A stretch of 64,000 nucleotides of DNA from the NCBI GenBank assembly GCA_050633305.1, contig JBOEGF010000013.1, positions 96,001-160,000 of the forward strand, in the 5' to 3' direction. Origin of the DNA: Nannocystales bacterium. GTDB taxonomy: Bacteria > Myxococcota_A > Polyangia > Nannocystales > Nannocystaceae. A program made the translations under genes and the position numbers. Positions 46,223 through 55,409 of this stretch are shown one piece after another. Positions within the stretch are counted from its first letter, which is position 1. Every line of letters begins with the position of its first letter. A model generated the notes under the pieces. The model was not told where the DNA came from. It ran no database searches and was given only the letters and a program-made list of their open reading frames with translations.

Positions 46223-46651
46223 GTGAAACGCATTCCAAGCATCGCGACGGCCATGACCCCGTTCCCCTACTCGATCGCATCGGACGCGAGTATTCCCGCG
46301 GCGGTCGAGATGATGAAAAACCACGGGATCAATCACCTGCCGGTGATGCGAGGGACCGATCTGATCGGCTTGCTGTGGAACCGTGATGTGCGGGTGGCGC
46401 AAGCGCTCAGCGCTGCCAACCACACGTTGACCGTCGAGCAACTGTGCAGCCCCGAGCCGTACATCGTCGAGCTCTCGGAGCGACTCGACCTGGTGGTCCT
46501 CCAGATGGCGGAGCGTCGCTCCGGCGCTGCAATGGTGACCCGGCAGGGAAGACTCGCCGGGATTCTCACCACGACCGACGTCTGTCGACTCCTCGGAGAG
46601 ACGCTTCGCGACGGGGCAGAGTTGCCCGACGACGACGGTGACGTCGCTTGA
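46223..46651 (+). CDS. CBS domain pair protein
   Basis: AMTPFPYSI..MMKNHGINHLPV..LIGLL..RD and CSPEPYIV..LAGILTTTD. Confidence 0.88.
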   Translation: MKRIPSIATAMTPFPYSIASDASIPAAVEMMKNHGINHLPVMRGTDLIGLLWNRDVRVAQALSAANHTLTVEQLCSPEPYIVELSERLDLVVLQMAERRSGAAMVTRQGRLAGILTTTDVCRLLGETLRDGAELPDDDGDVA

Positions 46652-47564
46652 CCTCATCCTGATGCTCGGCGGCCCGGTCGCGCTCGCGTTTGCGGTGGGC
46701 GTGGGGTTGTGGGCAGCCTCCCGTCCCGCCGGGTGGGTCCGCTCGGTCGGTGGAATTGCGGGACTTGCCGCGATCCCCGTGGCGATCTACGGCCTTGGCA
46801 TCCGGTACCGAGCGCCACCTCCCCCGGCACAACGAGTCCTTTCGCCAGGCATAGAATATCAGCGACTCGTGGTGGACGGACCCGCTGTGGTGCATCTGGT
46901 GCGCATCGACCTCGCGCGTCCCGACCTCATCCCCGTTGCGACCCCGCCTGCCGAAGGCAAGGCCGTCCCGGCGCAGCGTGTCTTGGATTTCGCCGTGGAA
47001 CAGGGTGCCGACGTCGCGATGAACACGGCGTTCTTCCACCCGTTCCACTCCTCGTCTCCGTTCGACTACTACCCCCGAACCGGGGATCCCACGGAGCCCT
47101 TCGGCGTCACCATGACCGACGGAGTCGAGTTCGGCGCCAACCGGTTTCACCGCGGTACGGTGTACTTGTCCGAGGACCAAGCCTCCCTGGAGCGCACCCC
47201 AGAGGCTCGCTGGGCGGTGACAGGACGCACGACCTTGGTTCGCGACGGGCACGCCCTCCCGGGCAACGAAACGACAACCGCCCCACGCTCCGCAATCGGG
47301 TACGACGGCGCTCGGCTCTGGTTCGTCACGGTCGATGGACGGCAACCCGGCTACAGCGAAGGCATGACCCTCGGTGCGCTCGGACGACTTCTCGCGGGGA
47401 TGGGAGCCCAGTGGGCCGTGGAGATGGACGGCGGCGGTTCGAGCACGCTGGCCGACACGACCGGCCCGAGTCCGAGGACCCTGAACTGCCCGATCCACAC
47501 CCGCATGCCCTGCCGCGACCGGCCCGTGGCCGCGCAGGTCGGGATCAAGCGCGTCGGCTCGTAG
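46638..47564 (+). CDS. Phosphodiester glycosidase (NAGPA/DUF2233) family protein
   Basis: AMNTAFF, PRSAIG, VDGRQPGYSEGMTL, MDGGGSSTL; N-terminal TM segments. Confidence 0.88.
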   Translation: MTSLDLILMLGGPVALAFAVGVGLWAASRPAGWVRSVGGIAGLAAIPVAIYGLGIRYRAPPPPAQRVLSPGIEYQRLVVDGPAVVHLVRIDLARPDLIPVATPPAEGKAVPAQRVLDFAVEQGADVAMNTAFFHPFHSSSPFDYYPRTGDPTEPFGVTMTDGVEFGANRFHRGTVYLSEDQASLERTPEARWAVTGRTTLVRDGHALPGNETTTAPRSAIGYDGARLWFVTVDGRQPGYSEGMTLGALGRLLAGMGAQWAVEMDGGGSSTLADTTGPSPRTLNCPIHTRMPCRDRPVAAQVGIKRVGS

Positions 47565-47588
47565 AGCAGACCCGCACATCCATAGGCG

Positions 47589-50042
47589 TCACTCCTCGGA
47601 GATGACTGGGATGCCGTCGACGTCGAAGAGCCCGCCGTCGATCGGCGCAACCTCGGGGCCCCGAGCGAACAAGCTCAGCGACTCCGGGTATCCAGCTTCG
47701 CGGTACTGACCCCGCCAGTTGGAGAACGTGTCCTCCAAGTCCATCGTCACGTCGAACCCGAACTCCGTCTGCTCGGCGGGCAGCATGGACAGCAGCACGT
47801 AGCCGACCGCTTGCTCAGCATGGGGTCCCCAATCGTCCGCATGCTCGACGAGTTCGTCGAACATGTCACGCATGACGTCAGCCCGCGCTTCGGGGAGAGA
47901 GCGGGCGGCCGCGTCCTCGTAGACAGGGCGGTTGTTTGCATCGACCGAAAAGCGAACTTCGAGGGTGTTCGCGCCGATGAGACCCACGGACTCCACGGCG
48001 GCATACTCGGACTCGAGCAGACGTCGGTACTGGTCTCCGTAGTCTTGAAACACAAGGCCCGCCCGCTCGGCGTCGTCCTGGATGTCGGACTGAATCTCGG
48101 CGCGCTCCGATGCGATCTTCGAGACCGAATCGTCGCGATCGATCTCGACCGCCTGAAGGTAGGCCGAAAGCGAGGCGGCAAAGTCGCCCGCGTTGCGCGT
48201 GAGGGCCAGCGCTTCCAAAGCCCGCTCATCAAGGCGGTAGTCCACGACTACGGAGGTGCTCGGCCCGGTGAAGCTCGCCTGGATCTCGAACGTCCCCTGA
48301 GCGAGGAGCCGGAGCTCGCCCAACGAACGGGCCACCGCAGCGACGTCCTCCGGTACCCCTTCGAGCACGCCGTCAAGGGCCGTCAGCCCTTCGGTTGTCC
48401 ACGCGGCGACCCGCGGGTCCGAGACTGCGTCGATCGGACAGTCGTCGAATGCCGCGCTTCCGCGGCAGGTCTCTTGCACCCATCGCTGCATCTCGTTCCC
48501 AGGGCCTTCAAGAGCCGCGATGGCCTCCACCCCCGCCAGCGCCAGCAGTGAACCGTCGATGTGGTCGACGAGCTTGTCGCGCTCCATCACCGCGTCGCCT
48601 TCGAGCAGCTGCACGACGAGGTTGGCCTCGCCACGCGCTTCGGCACCCGGGTTGGTGGGGTCGAACAGCAAGCCCGAAAGCCCCACACGCGTGTATCCGT
48701 GACGCGAGAACAGCCAGTCCCAATCCCGGCGCAGCGATTCGAACATCACGGTGCGGACGCCCGCGGGAGACTGCACCACGATCGTGCCCTGCTCTTCGAT
48801 CTTCCGGCGGAAAAAGGACATGCCGAACAGCTCGACGCCCGCCTCGGATGCACTCGACGCACCCGAGCGGAGCAAGTCCAACTCGGCGACGACTCCGGGC
48901 TCACCGCGATGCGACAGCGCCTGAGCCAACCGGATATCTCCACGCAGCGCTTGGGCGATCGCTGCGGTCAGCAGTTCCTCATCGCCACCAAGGTCGAACC
49001 GCAGCCGCGCGACCGTCATCCGGGACTGGCTCTCCGAGGACTTGGCGATCGCATCGATCAAGCTCAGTCGATCGTTGAGCTGTCTTTGGAGTGCCCGATC
49101 GACCAGCTGCCCAAGGTCCACATCGATCCCGGCGATGCTGACCTCAGACTCCAGAAGACCTTGCACACCCCAGCGGTCTCGGACAGCGAGGAACGCCGTA
49201 CGCTCCTTGACCTCCTGGACGCCGACATCAACGACCAGCTCGTCGCCATCCATCCGCAGGAGCTGTACGTCCAAGACGCCGCCGAGATGTGTTCTCAGGC
49301 CTGCGGACAGGACAACGTTGTAGGTGAGCACCGACGTGGGCTCGGCGATCAGCAGCGGAACCCCCACGCCGAGGTTCGCACCCAAGCTGCCCTCTCCACG
49401 AAGCGCCACGGCCTCGCCGGGCTTCATCGCGCGCAGGTCGCTGAGTGAGCGCGGGACGGCAAACTCTCGAAGCGACTGAAGGCGTTCGAGCGGGTTGTCG
49501 CTCTGCGCATCGTGAGCCGAGATCACGCGAGCCTGGATCGTCGCGTCGGCATTAAAGCCAACGCGTGCGGTGGACGTTCCGTCGGCAACAAGCCCTTCGA
49601 CCGAAGTTCCCCAATCGGCACCGACGCCAGGTTCGAGCACAAGGGAGGTCTCGGCGTACACAGTGTCGGAGGAGGACTGCAGGTGCTCCAGACGCAGCGC
49701 GTTGACCGAGGTCGTCAGCTCTCGTTCGCCGAACGCGGCGGCGAGGTCTCGGACGAGAGGATCGAGTTCGTCGGCGCTGTGGAAATCGACCGCGAAGCCG
49801 CCGAGGTCGCCGGAGGCCAGTACGCCGTTGAGCTCTTCGGTGACAAACGTCTTGCCGTTGTCGACCAGGTCGCCCAGATCCAACTCGGACGGATCCCGAA
49901 GCAGGGACCGGATCGAATCCAGCCCATCGCACTTGCCCCCACAGTCGACCGCGAGCTCCTGCTCTTGTGCCGCCGGCTCGGCCGAGTCACAAGCGGTCAA
50001 CAACGGAAGCGCGAACAGGACGTTCTTCAAGCTCAGTTTCAT
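47589..50042 (-). CDS. Large hypothetical lipoprotein
   Basis: GGAGGGA RBS, lipobox LTAC, DCGGKCDG motif, 817 aa; no family recognised. Confidence 0.8.
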   Translation of the reverse strand: MKLSLKNVLFALPLLTACDSAEPAAQEQELAVDCGGKCDGLDSIRSLLRDPSELDLGDLVDNGKTFVTEELNGVLASGDLGGFAVDFHSADELDPLVRDLAAAFGERELTTSVNALRLEHLQSSSDTVYAETSLVLEPGVGADWGTSVEGLVADGTSTARVGFNADATIQARVISAHDAQSDNPLERLQSLREFAVPRSLSDLRAMKPGEAVALRGEGSLGANLGVGVPLLIAEPTSVLTYNVVLSAGLRTHLGGVLDVQLLRMDGDELVVDVGVQEVKERTAFLAVRDRWGVQGLLESEVSIAGIDVDLGQLVDRALQRQLNDRLSLIDAIAKSSESQSRMTVARLRFDLGGDEELLTAAIAQALRGDIRLAQALSHRGEPGVVAELDLLRSGASSASEAGVELFGMSFFRRKIEEQGTIVVQSPAGVRTVMFESLRRDWDWLFSRHGYTRVGLSGLLFDPTNPGAEARGEANLVVQLLEGDAVMERDKLVDHIDGSLLALAGVEAIAALEGPGNEMQRWVQETCRGSAAFDDCPIDAVSDPRVAAWTTEGLTALDGVLEGVPEDVAAVARSLGELRLLAQGTFEIQASFTGPSTSVVVDYRLDERALEALALTRNAGDFAASLSAYLQAVEIDRDDSVSKIASERAEIQSDIQDDAERAGLVFQDYGDQYRRLLESEYAAVESVGLIGANTLEVRFSVDANNRPVYEDAAARSLPEARADVMRDMFDELVEHADDWGPHAEQAVGYVLLSMLPAEQTEFGFDVTMDLEDTFSNWRGQYREAGYPESLSLFARGPEVAPIDGGLFDVDGIPVISEE

Positions 50043-50165
50043 CGTCGGTCCCTCCCCAGGGTCGTGGAGGGTCGCATGAAACGACCTCTGAGCACCAACT
50101 GTAAGTGTAGGTGTTCAGAGGTGCGCGGAACCGGTCAGGCCCGCTCGCTCGGATCTGAGCGTCGC

Positions 50166-51620
50166 TCAGTCGCCCGTCGTGCCGCGATAGTGCGCTTCGT
50201 AGTGCTCGCGGAGCTGGGAGTAGTGCTTGTGCAGGGCTCCGTCGTTCTCCATGGCGTGCTTGCTGAAATACTGGCCCCACCACGCGCCGGCCATGCCCCA
50301 GTCCGCGGGGGTCATCCCAAAGCCGGCGAGGATCTCCGTGGCGTCCTGTCCTTGCTCGTATCCGACCGACTGCGCGACCTCGATCTCAACCCATTGCTCG
50401 ATCGCGATCGGCGGGTCGCCTTCGGGGTCTCCACCAGTCTCCATCGCCTCGGCCGCAGCTTCGCCCTGGGCGGCGAACTGCCCAGCCCCGCCGCCAGCGA
50501 ACGCTTTCCCGTACTCGGTCGCAATCGTCGCCGTGGTGTCGCGAGCCATCCGGTCGTTCCACTCGGCGCTGACGGCCTGCCAGGTCGCATCGTCGATCCC
50601 CAACTCGGCGACGATTTCTGCAGCGTCTCCACCCTGCGCAACGTAGGCCTGAGCCACAGCCCACCGCTGAAGGGTGATGCCGTGCACCGGTTCGAAGTCG
50701 CTGGCCAACTCGCCCTCGACCCGAGCCTGCTGATCCTCCCGCGTCTGATCGTTGGTCGCGTCGAGCTTCAGCTGCATGATCCCATCAAGCCCGCCGTAGC
50801 GAGACTCGGCGTCCTCGGACATGAAGTACCGCTCCATCGTCGAGGTGACTTGATAGAAGTGCTTTTCGTCGCGGATGCCGTACTGAGCCAGAGCCTCGCG
50901 GCGCTCGCTGTCATCCTCCCAGGCCGCACTGATGTGCAACTCGGCTCGGAAGAAGGCCTTGAGGTTGGTGTACGGATCGAACGTCGCGTAGTCGTCGATC
51001 TCCTCGAGTTCGTAGTCACGCTCGAAGTCGTCTTCGTCATCGGTGTCGACGTCGACCTCCTCATCATCATCGTCCTCGGACGCGGCCATATCCTCCACGG
51101 ACACGTCCGGCATTTCGAGAGCTGGCTCGGGCATCATCGAGGTGACGTCCTCCATCGCGAGTTCTTCGTCCAAGGGCTCGAGCTCGGGGGTCTGCTCCGA
51201 TGTTTGCGCCGCGATGTGTGCGGCGACGTTCGCCGGATCGTAGTCCTCGGGTACGTATGCCGCGGTCCGGTCCACTGGACTCTCCGCAAAGTCGTCCGCG
51301 CCTCCAGACTCTTCGAGCGTGGTGTCGAGTTCCTCGTAGCCTGAAGCCGGGTGCTGCGACTGCGTCGCGGCCGATTCCTCCTCGGAGATTTCGACTTCGG
51401 TGTCGGGCTGAAGCTCTTCGTACTCGTCGTAGACGGGCTGCGCCTCCTCGTAGCCTTCGGCTTGTACCGGCTGCTCCTCGTAGACGGGCTGCTCTTCCTG
51501 GTAGGCCTCACCGTACTCGGGCGCAGCTGCGACGCCGCCTGGCAGCGGCGGCGGCAAACCGGGCTTGTTGCCTGCGCGCCAATCAGAGATGTGCTGACAG
51601 AGGGTCTCGTAGTCGATCAT
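50166..51620 (-). CDS. Highly acidic protein with three C-terminal DUF6620-like helical repeats
   Basis: Start MIDYETLC; long D/E-rich region; EPVHGITLQRWA..LGID..W..W.DRM.RD..Y..AF plus two related copies. Confidence 0.75.
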   Translation of the reverse strand: MIDYETLCQHISDWRAGNKPGLPPPLPGGVAAAPEYGEAYQEEQPVYEEQPVQAEGYEEAQPVYDEYEELQPDTEVEISEEESAATQSQHPASGYEELDTTLEESGGADDFAESPVDRTAAYVPEDYDPANVAAHIAAQTSEQTPELEPLDEELAMEDVTSMMPEPALEMPDVSVEDMAASEDDDDEEVDVDTDDEDDFERDYELEEIDDYATFDPYTNLKAFFRAELHISAAWEDDSERREALAQYGIRDEKHFYQVTSTMERYFMSEDAESRYGGLDGIMQLKLDATNDQTREDQQARVEGELASDFEPVHGITLQRWAVAQAYVAQGGDAAEIVAELGIDDATWQAVSAEWNDRMARDTTATIATEYGKAFAGGGAGQFAAQGEAAAEAMETGGDPEGDPPIAIEQWVEIEVAQSVGYEQGQDATEILAGFGMTPADWGMAGAWWGQYFSKHAMENDGALHKHYSQLREHYEAHYRGTTGD

Positions 51621-51743
51621 CAGGCGATTCGGGCGCGTCTGCGCCAGCGGACTGCATGGTATCGACCTGCGCCCCGTCGCGAAACACCTACAATCCCGCA
51701 CCGGCTCGCCTGCACAGCGCACCGACTACGGTACCGTTCCGGC

Positions 51744-52727
51744 ATGCTCGTGACGGCACTGGGCGTGGGCCTCAGCCTGCTGGCACCGAGCGTCGACGCC
51801 CCGGAGACCCGGATTCGGTACACCCTCCAGGGTGGCGAGATCCTCAGCGATCTGGCCGAACAGTACGGGACCGCCGAAGAGGACCTCCGCCGAGACAACC
51901 CTGGGAAACTCGAACGCGGCCGGATCCTGACCGTGCACGCGACCCGTCTCCCGCCACCGCGCCAGCGGCTGAAGGTCACCGCGGCCGAGCGAGAGGACTG
52001 GGAGTCGATCGCCAGCCGCTACGCGGTCGACGCGGGCGATCTGCGGGTATGGAACCCGCGAGCCGCACGACGCAAGCGGCTCCGCTCAGGCTCGACGCTG
52101 GTGATGTGGCTGCCCTCCGGAGCGATCCGCTACCCCTTGCCTGGGGATACGACCGGCTTCCCCGAGGTCACCAGAGCCCGCGGCGGCGAGTCGGTCGGAC
52201 GCCCGAACCGGGGCCGGCTCGTCGATGGCGTTCCCCTACCACCGGGTCCCTACGTCATCCGTTTCGACTGGCAGAAGTTCGGCTCGGCCCTGACGGTCTG
52301 GAACCTCGCGCGGGTGCTCCGGGCGTTCCGGCAAGAGACCGGTTTTGAGGGCGAGCTCTTCGTCGGCGCGCTGAGCCGCCGAAACGGACGCCGACTGAGG
52401 CCTCACCGCTCACACCAGAGCGGCCGGGACGTCGATGTCCGCCTGCCCGCGATGCCCCACGCGAAAGGGTTCAAGCTGGAGGCCAACGAGGTCGATTGGC
52501 ATGCGACCTGGGCACTGGTCGACGCCTTCGTTCGGACCGGCGACGTGAAGGTCATTTTCTTGGAACGCAAGCTCCGTCGCCGACTCAAGCGCGCCGGGCT
52601 CGCCCTGGGCGCCGACGACGAACGCGTCGCACACGTCATGGGCACGGTCCGCCACTCCCCGGGCCACACCGCCCACATTCACGTACGGTTCCGTTGCGCG
52701 GCGTCCGAGTCCGAGTGCCGGGACTGA
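51744..52727 (+). CDS. LysM-domain penicillin-insensitive murein endopeptidase (MepA/M74-like)
   Basis: Two LysM-like units (YTLQGGEILSDLAEQYG; DWESIASRYAV..LRVWN); SVGRPNRGRL, HRSHQSGRDVD, HTAHIHVRF. Confidence 0.88.
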   Translation: MLVTALGVGLSLLAPSVDAPETRIRYTLQGGEILSDLAEQYGTAEEDLRRDNPGKLERGRILTVHATRLPPPRQRLKVTAAEREDWESIASRYAVDAGDLRVWNPRAARRKRLRSGSTLVMWLPSGAIRYPLPGDTTGFPEVTRARGGESVGRPNRGRLVDGVPLPPGPYVIRFDWQKFGSALTVWNLARVLRAFRQETGFEGELFVGALSRRNGRRLRPHRSHQSGRDVDVRLPAMPHAKGFKLEANEVDWHATWALVDAFVRTGDVKVIFLERKLRRRLKRAGLALGADDERVAHVMGTVRHSPGHTAHIHVRFRCAASESECRD

Positions 52728-52818
52728 CCCGCCACCTCCCAAGCCTGTTGCCACCGCGGGATCGCGCTTTTTTGCGAAAATCCGACTCCGAGATGGAACC
52801 CCACCGCTGGATCTCCGA

Positions 52819-53427
52819 GTGAGACAGTCGGTGGACGTGGCCCATGCCAGAGATCCGGGGACGGATCGGGAAGAGCTCGACGGCACGACGATCGTGGCCG
52901 CCTCCCGCGGCGAACCGTGGGCGGCGAGACGACTCGTGGAATGTACCCAACGCGGCGTGTTTCGCTACGCCTGGCGAATGTTGGGGCCCCGCGCCACCCG
53001 CTCGACGACCGCCGAGCTGGTGCAAGAGGTCTACGCTCGCGTTTTTCGGGCTCTACCCCGTTACCGAACCGACGGTCCAGCCCGGTTCACGACTTGGCTT
53101 CTGACGATCGCTCACCGTACCGCCGTCGATGAGCTGCGGCGCAAGAGACCTCCGCTCACGCCCCTGAACGAGGTGGCGCCCGGGCGCTCGGGGGACCGGC
53201 CGGACCACCTTCAGGAGCGTGCCGAGCTTGGCGAACGCATCGCCGCAGAGGTTCAGAAGCTGAGCCCGGCCCTGCGCTCCGCGTTCATTCTCCGCGCCTA
53301 CCACGATCGAAGCCTTGCCGAGATCGCCGAAGCGCTCGACATCGATGAGGGCACCGTGAAGTCGCGACTTCACCGCGCGCGGCAGTCCCTCCAAGCCGCC
53401 CTCGAAGAGGTCCGCCATGAAGCCTGA
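52819..53427 (+). CDS. ECF RNA polymerase sigma factor
   Basis: ELVQEVY..F, FTTWLLTIA..DELR, SLAEIAEAL.IDEGTVKSRLHRAR. Confidence 0.92.
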   Translation: MRQSVDVAHARDPGTDREELDGTTIVAASRGEPWAARRLVECTQRGVFRYAWRMLGPRATRSTTAELVQEVYARVFRALPRYRTDGPARFTTWLLTIAHRTAVDELRRKRPPLTPLNEVAPGRSGDRPDHLQERAELGERIAAEVQKLSPALRSAFILRAYHDRSLAEIAEALDIDEGTVKSRLHRARQSLQAALEEVRHEA

Positions 53428-54013
53428 GAATCCCGACGCAACGTTGCTCGAGCGAGGGCTTGCTGCCTGGGACGTTCCCGAGCCGCCCTCCGACCTGGCC
53501 GACCGCATCTTGGCCCAAAGCACAGATGCGCAGGCCTCTCTGTCCGCGCAACCCGATCCCGCCGTCCCTCCACCCCCCGAGGAAGAAACACCCACCATGC
53601 TACCCACCACGATCCGCCACGAGAGTTCCATGCGCCCCTTCTGGACCGCGACCGCCCTCGGCTTTGCCGGGGCCGCAGCGATCGTGCTCGCCTTCATGGC
53701 GGGTCGACAGTCCCAGCCAGTCCCGGCCCCACAGGTCGTCTCGCCGGCGCTGGTCCCAAGCGTCGAGGTTCAGGTTTCCGCGCCGCCGGCCGTCACCCAA
53801 CCGCCGGTGATCCCCCTTCCCCCAGCGCCCCCGACTCCACCGGCCCCAGCTGCCGTGCCAGAGAAACTGATCATCCACGAGACCCGCACACCGGACGAGC
53901 AGCCCCCGAACCGCTCCCACGACCTCAAGAGCCCCTTTGGCGCTGACGCCAGCCGTTCGAATCCGTCGGAGGCGACCGAGCCAAACCTCAAGGACCCGTT
54001 CGCGGACCGGTAG
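53417..54013 (+). CDS. Putative anti-sigma factor (single TM, Pro-rich)
   Basis: Overlaps the sigma stop codon; WDVPEPPSDLADRIL, TM GFAGAAAIVLAF, Pro-rich tail. Confidence 0.7.
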   Translation: MKPENPDATLLERGLAAWDVPEPPSDLADRILAQSTDAQASLSAQPDPAVPPPPEEETPTMLPTTIRHESSMRPFWTATALGFAGAAAIVLAFMAGRQSQPVPAPQVVSPALVPSVEVQVSAPPAVTQPPVIPLPPAPPTPPAPAAVPEKLIIHETRTPDEQPPNRSHDLKSPFGADASRSNPSEATEPNLKDPFADR

Positions 54014-54170
54014 GCGATCCTTCCAGATCGCAGCGGGGTCACGCCGGGCGAGGGTCTCGGTGGACGGCAACCTCGGCCGGCTCACGCCGATCGCCGCACC
54101 CATGACCGATACGGCGCGTCGCCAAGGCTGGATCGTGGCCGCCCCGGGCCTTCGGTGCTACCACTGCGGC

Positions 54171-55367
54171 GTGGGTGCAGCGCTCCCGACACGAGCGGTG
54201 AACCTGCAGCAGGCCCGCGCGCAACATGGCGATCTCGTCGACCGCTTTCTCCCAGCCCTGATGCGCTCGGACCCGCTCGCCGACGATGTCGCCCACGACT
54301 TCGCGACGCTGGGTCGAACACAGAGTCGCCAACTGCTCGATGTTGTCCTCCGCGACGGGATTGGAGCCGCTCCCGACGCCCCCTCGTCTCTCCGCGCCCT
54401 GTTCTCTCAGCTCGACCACGTCCCGGTCTGGGTCGACTGGCCCGCCATCGGCCGGGGCAGCGACGTCTTGTTTCGCACCGGACTCTTCGGCGGCACCGTC
54501 TTGGGCGCCAAGTCTCTGGTCACCGGCTACTGCTCTCCAGGTGGCAACAAGCCGCTGGTGTTCAGCGGCCAACTCGAGCACCGCAAGCGCATCGGCTATC
54601 GACTCGCGGAGACCTGCCGGTTTGTCGCCGACGTCTGTGAGCGCGGCGGTATGCGGCGGTTCGGTCCGGGCTTTGCCACGACGGTCCGGGTTCGCATCAT
54701 GCATGCAACCGTCCGCCGTCTCATCGCCGAGTCCGGAAAGTACGACGAACAAGCATGGGGCGTGGCGATCAACCAACACGACATGGTCGGCACCACCATG
54801 CTGTTCTCGCTGGCGTTCCTCGAGGGCGTGCGCGCTTTCGGCTTCCGATTCACAGCACAAGAGGTCGACGATTTTCTACACCTGTGGCGCTACAACGGCT
54901 GGCTCATCGGGGTCGAACCGGAGCTGCTCCCCACGAATGAGGCTGCGGCCGCTCGCATCTCCGACCTCATCGCAATGACGCAGGGGCAGCCAGACGACGA
55001 CGCTCGCATGTTGGTGCGCTCCTTCATCGAGTCTCCCAGCTATGCCGCCGCCGAGGACAACCCCAAAGCCCAAGCGCTCGCGCGTCGCCACGTGGCGCTC
55101 GGGTTCGGGTTCACCCGTTCGTTGCTCGGCGACGAGATGGCCGATGCACTCGAGCTCCCCCGCACCGCGACCAGGCTGGTCCTGCCCGGTATCCGCAAGG
55201 TCCTCTCTCGGGTCGATCGTGTGGGGCGCCACCTACCTGGCTACGATCGACAGCTGGCTCGAGCCGGCCGGCGCTACTGGCAGCAGACGATCGAGCTCGG
55301 CCTCGCTGGGAGGCTGGCGCAGTTCATGCCCCCGGCCCAACTGGACGGCTTGCGCGTCCCGGGGTAG
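54171..55367 (+). CDS. MpaB/Lcp (DUF2236) family heme oxygenase-like protein
   Basis: DPLAD, P.WVDW, RLAET, RVRIMHATVR (heme His), WGVAINQHDM, HLWRY.GWL.G; start approximate. Confidence 0.88.
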   Translation: MGAALPTRAVNLQQARAQHGDLVDRFLPALMRSDPLADDVAHDFATLGRTQSRQLLDVVLRDGIGAAPDAPSSLRALFSQLDHVPVWVDWPAIGRGSDVLFRTGLFGGTVLGAKSLVTGYCSPGGNKPLVFSGQLEHRKRIGYRLAETCRFVADVCERGGMRRFGPGFATTVRVRIMHATVRRLIAESGKYDEQAWGVAINQHDMVGTTMLFSLAFLEGVRAFGFRFTAQEVDDFLHLWRYNGWLIGVEPELLPTNEAAAARISDLIAMTQGQPDDDARMLVRSFIESPSYAAAEDNPKAQALARRHVALGFGFTRSLLGDEMADALELPRTATRLVLPGIRKVLSRVDRVGRHLPGYDRQLARAGRRYWQQTIELGLAGRLAQFMPPAQLDGLRVPG

Positions 55368-55409
55368 CCGGCTCAAAACGGGCTCTCAAGCAGCGGCTTG
55401 CTGGGGTCG

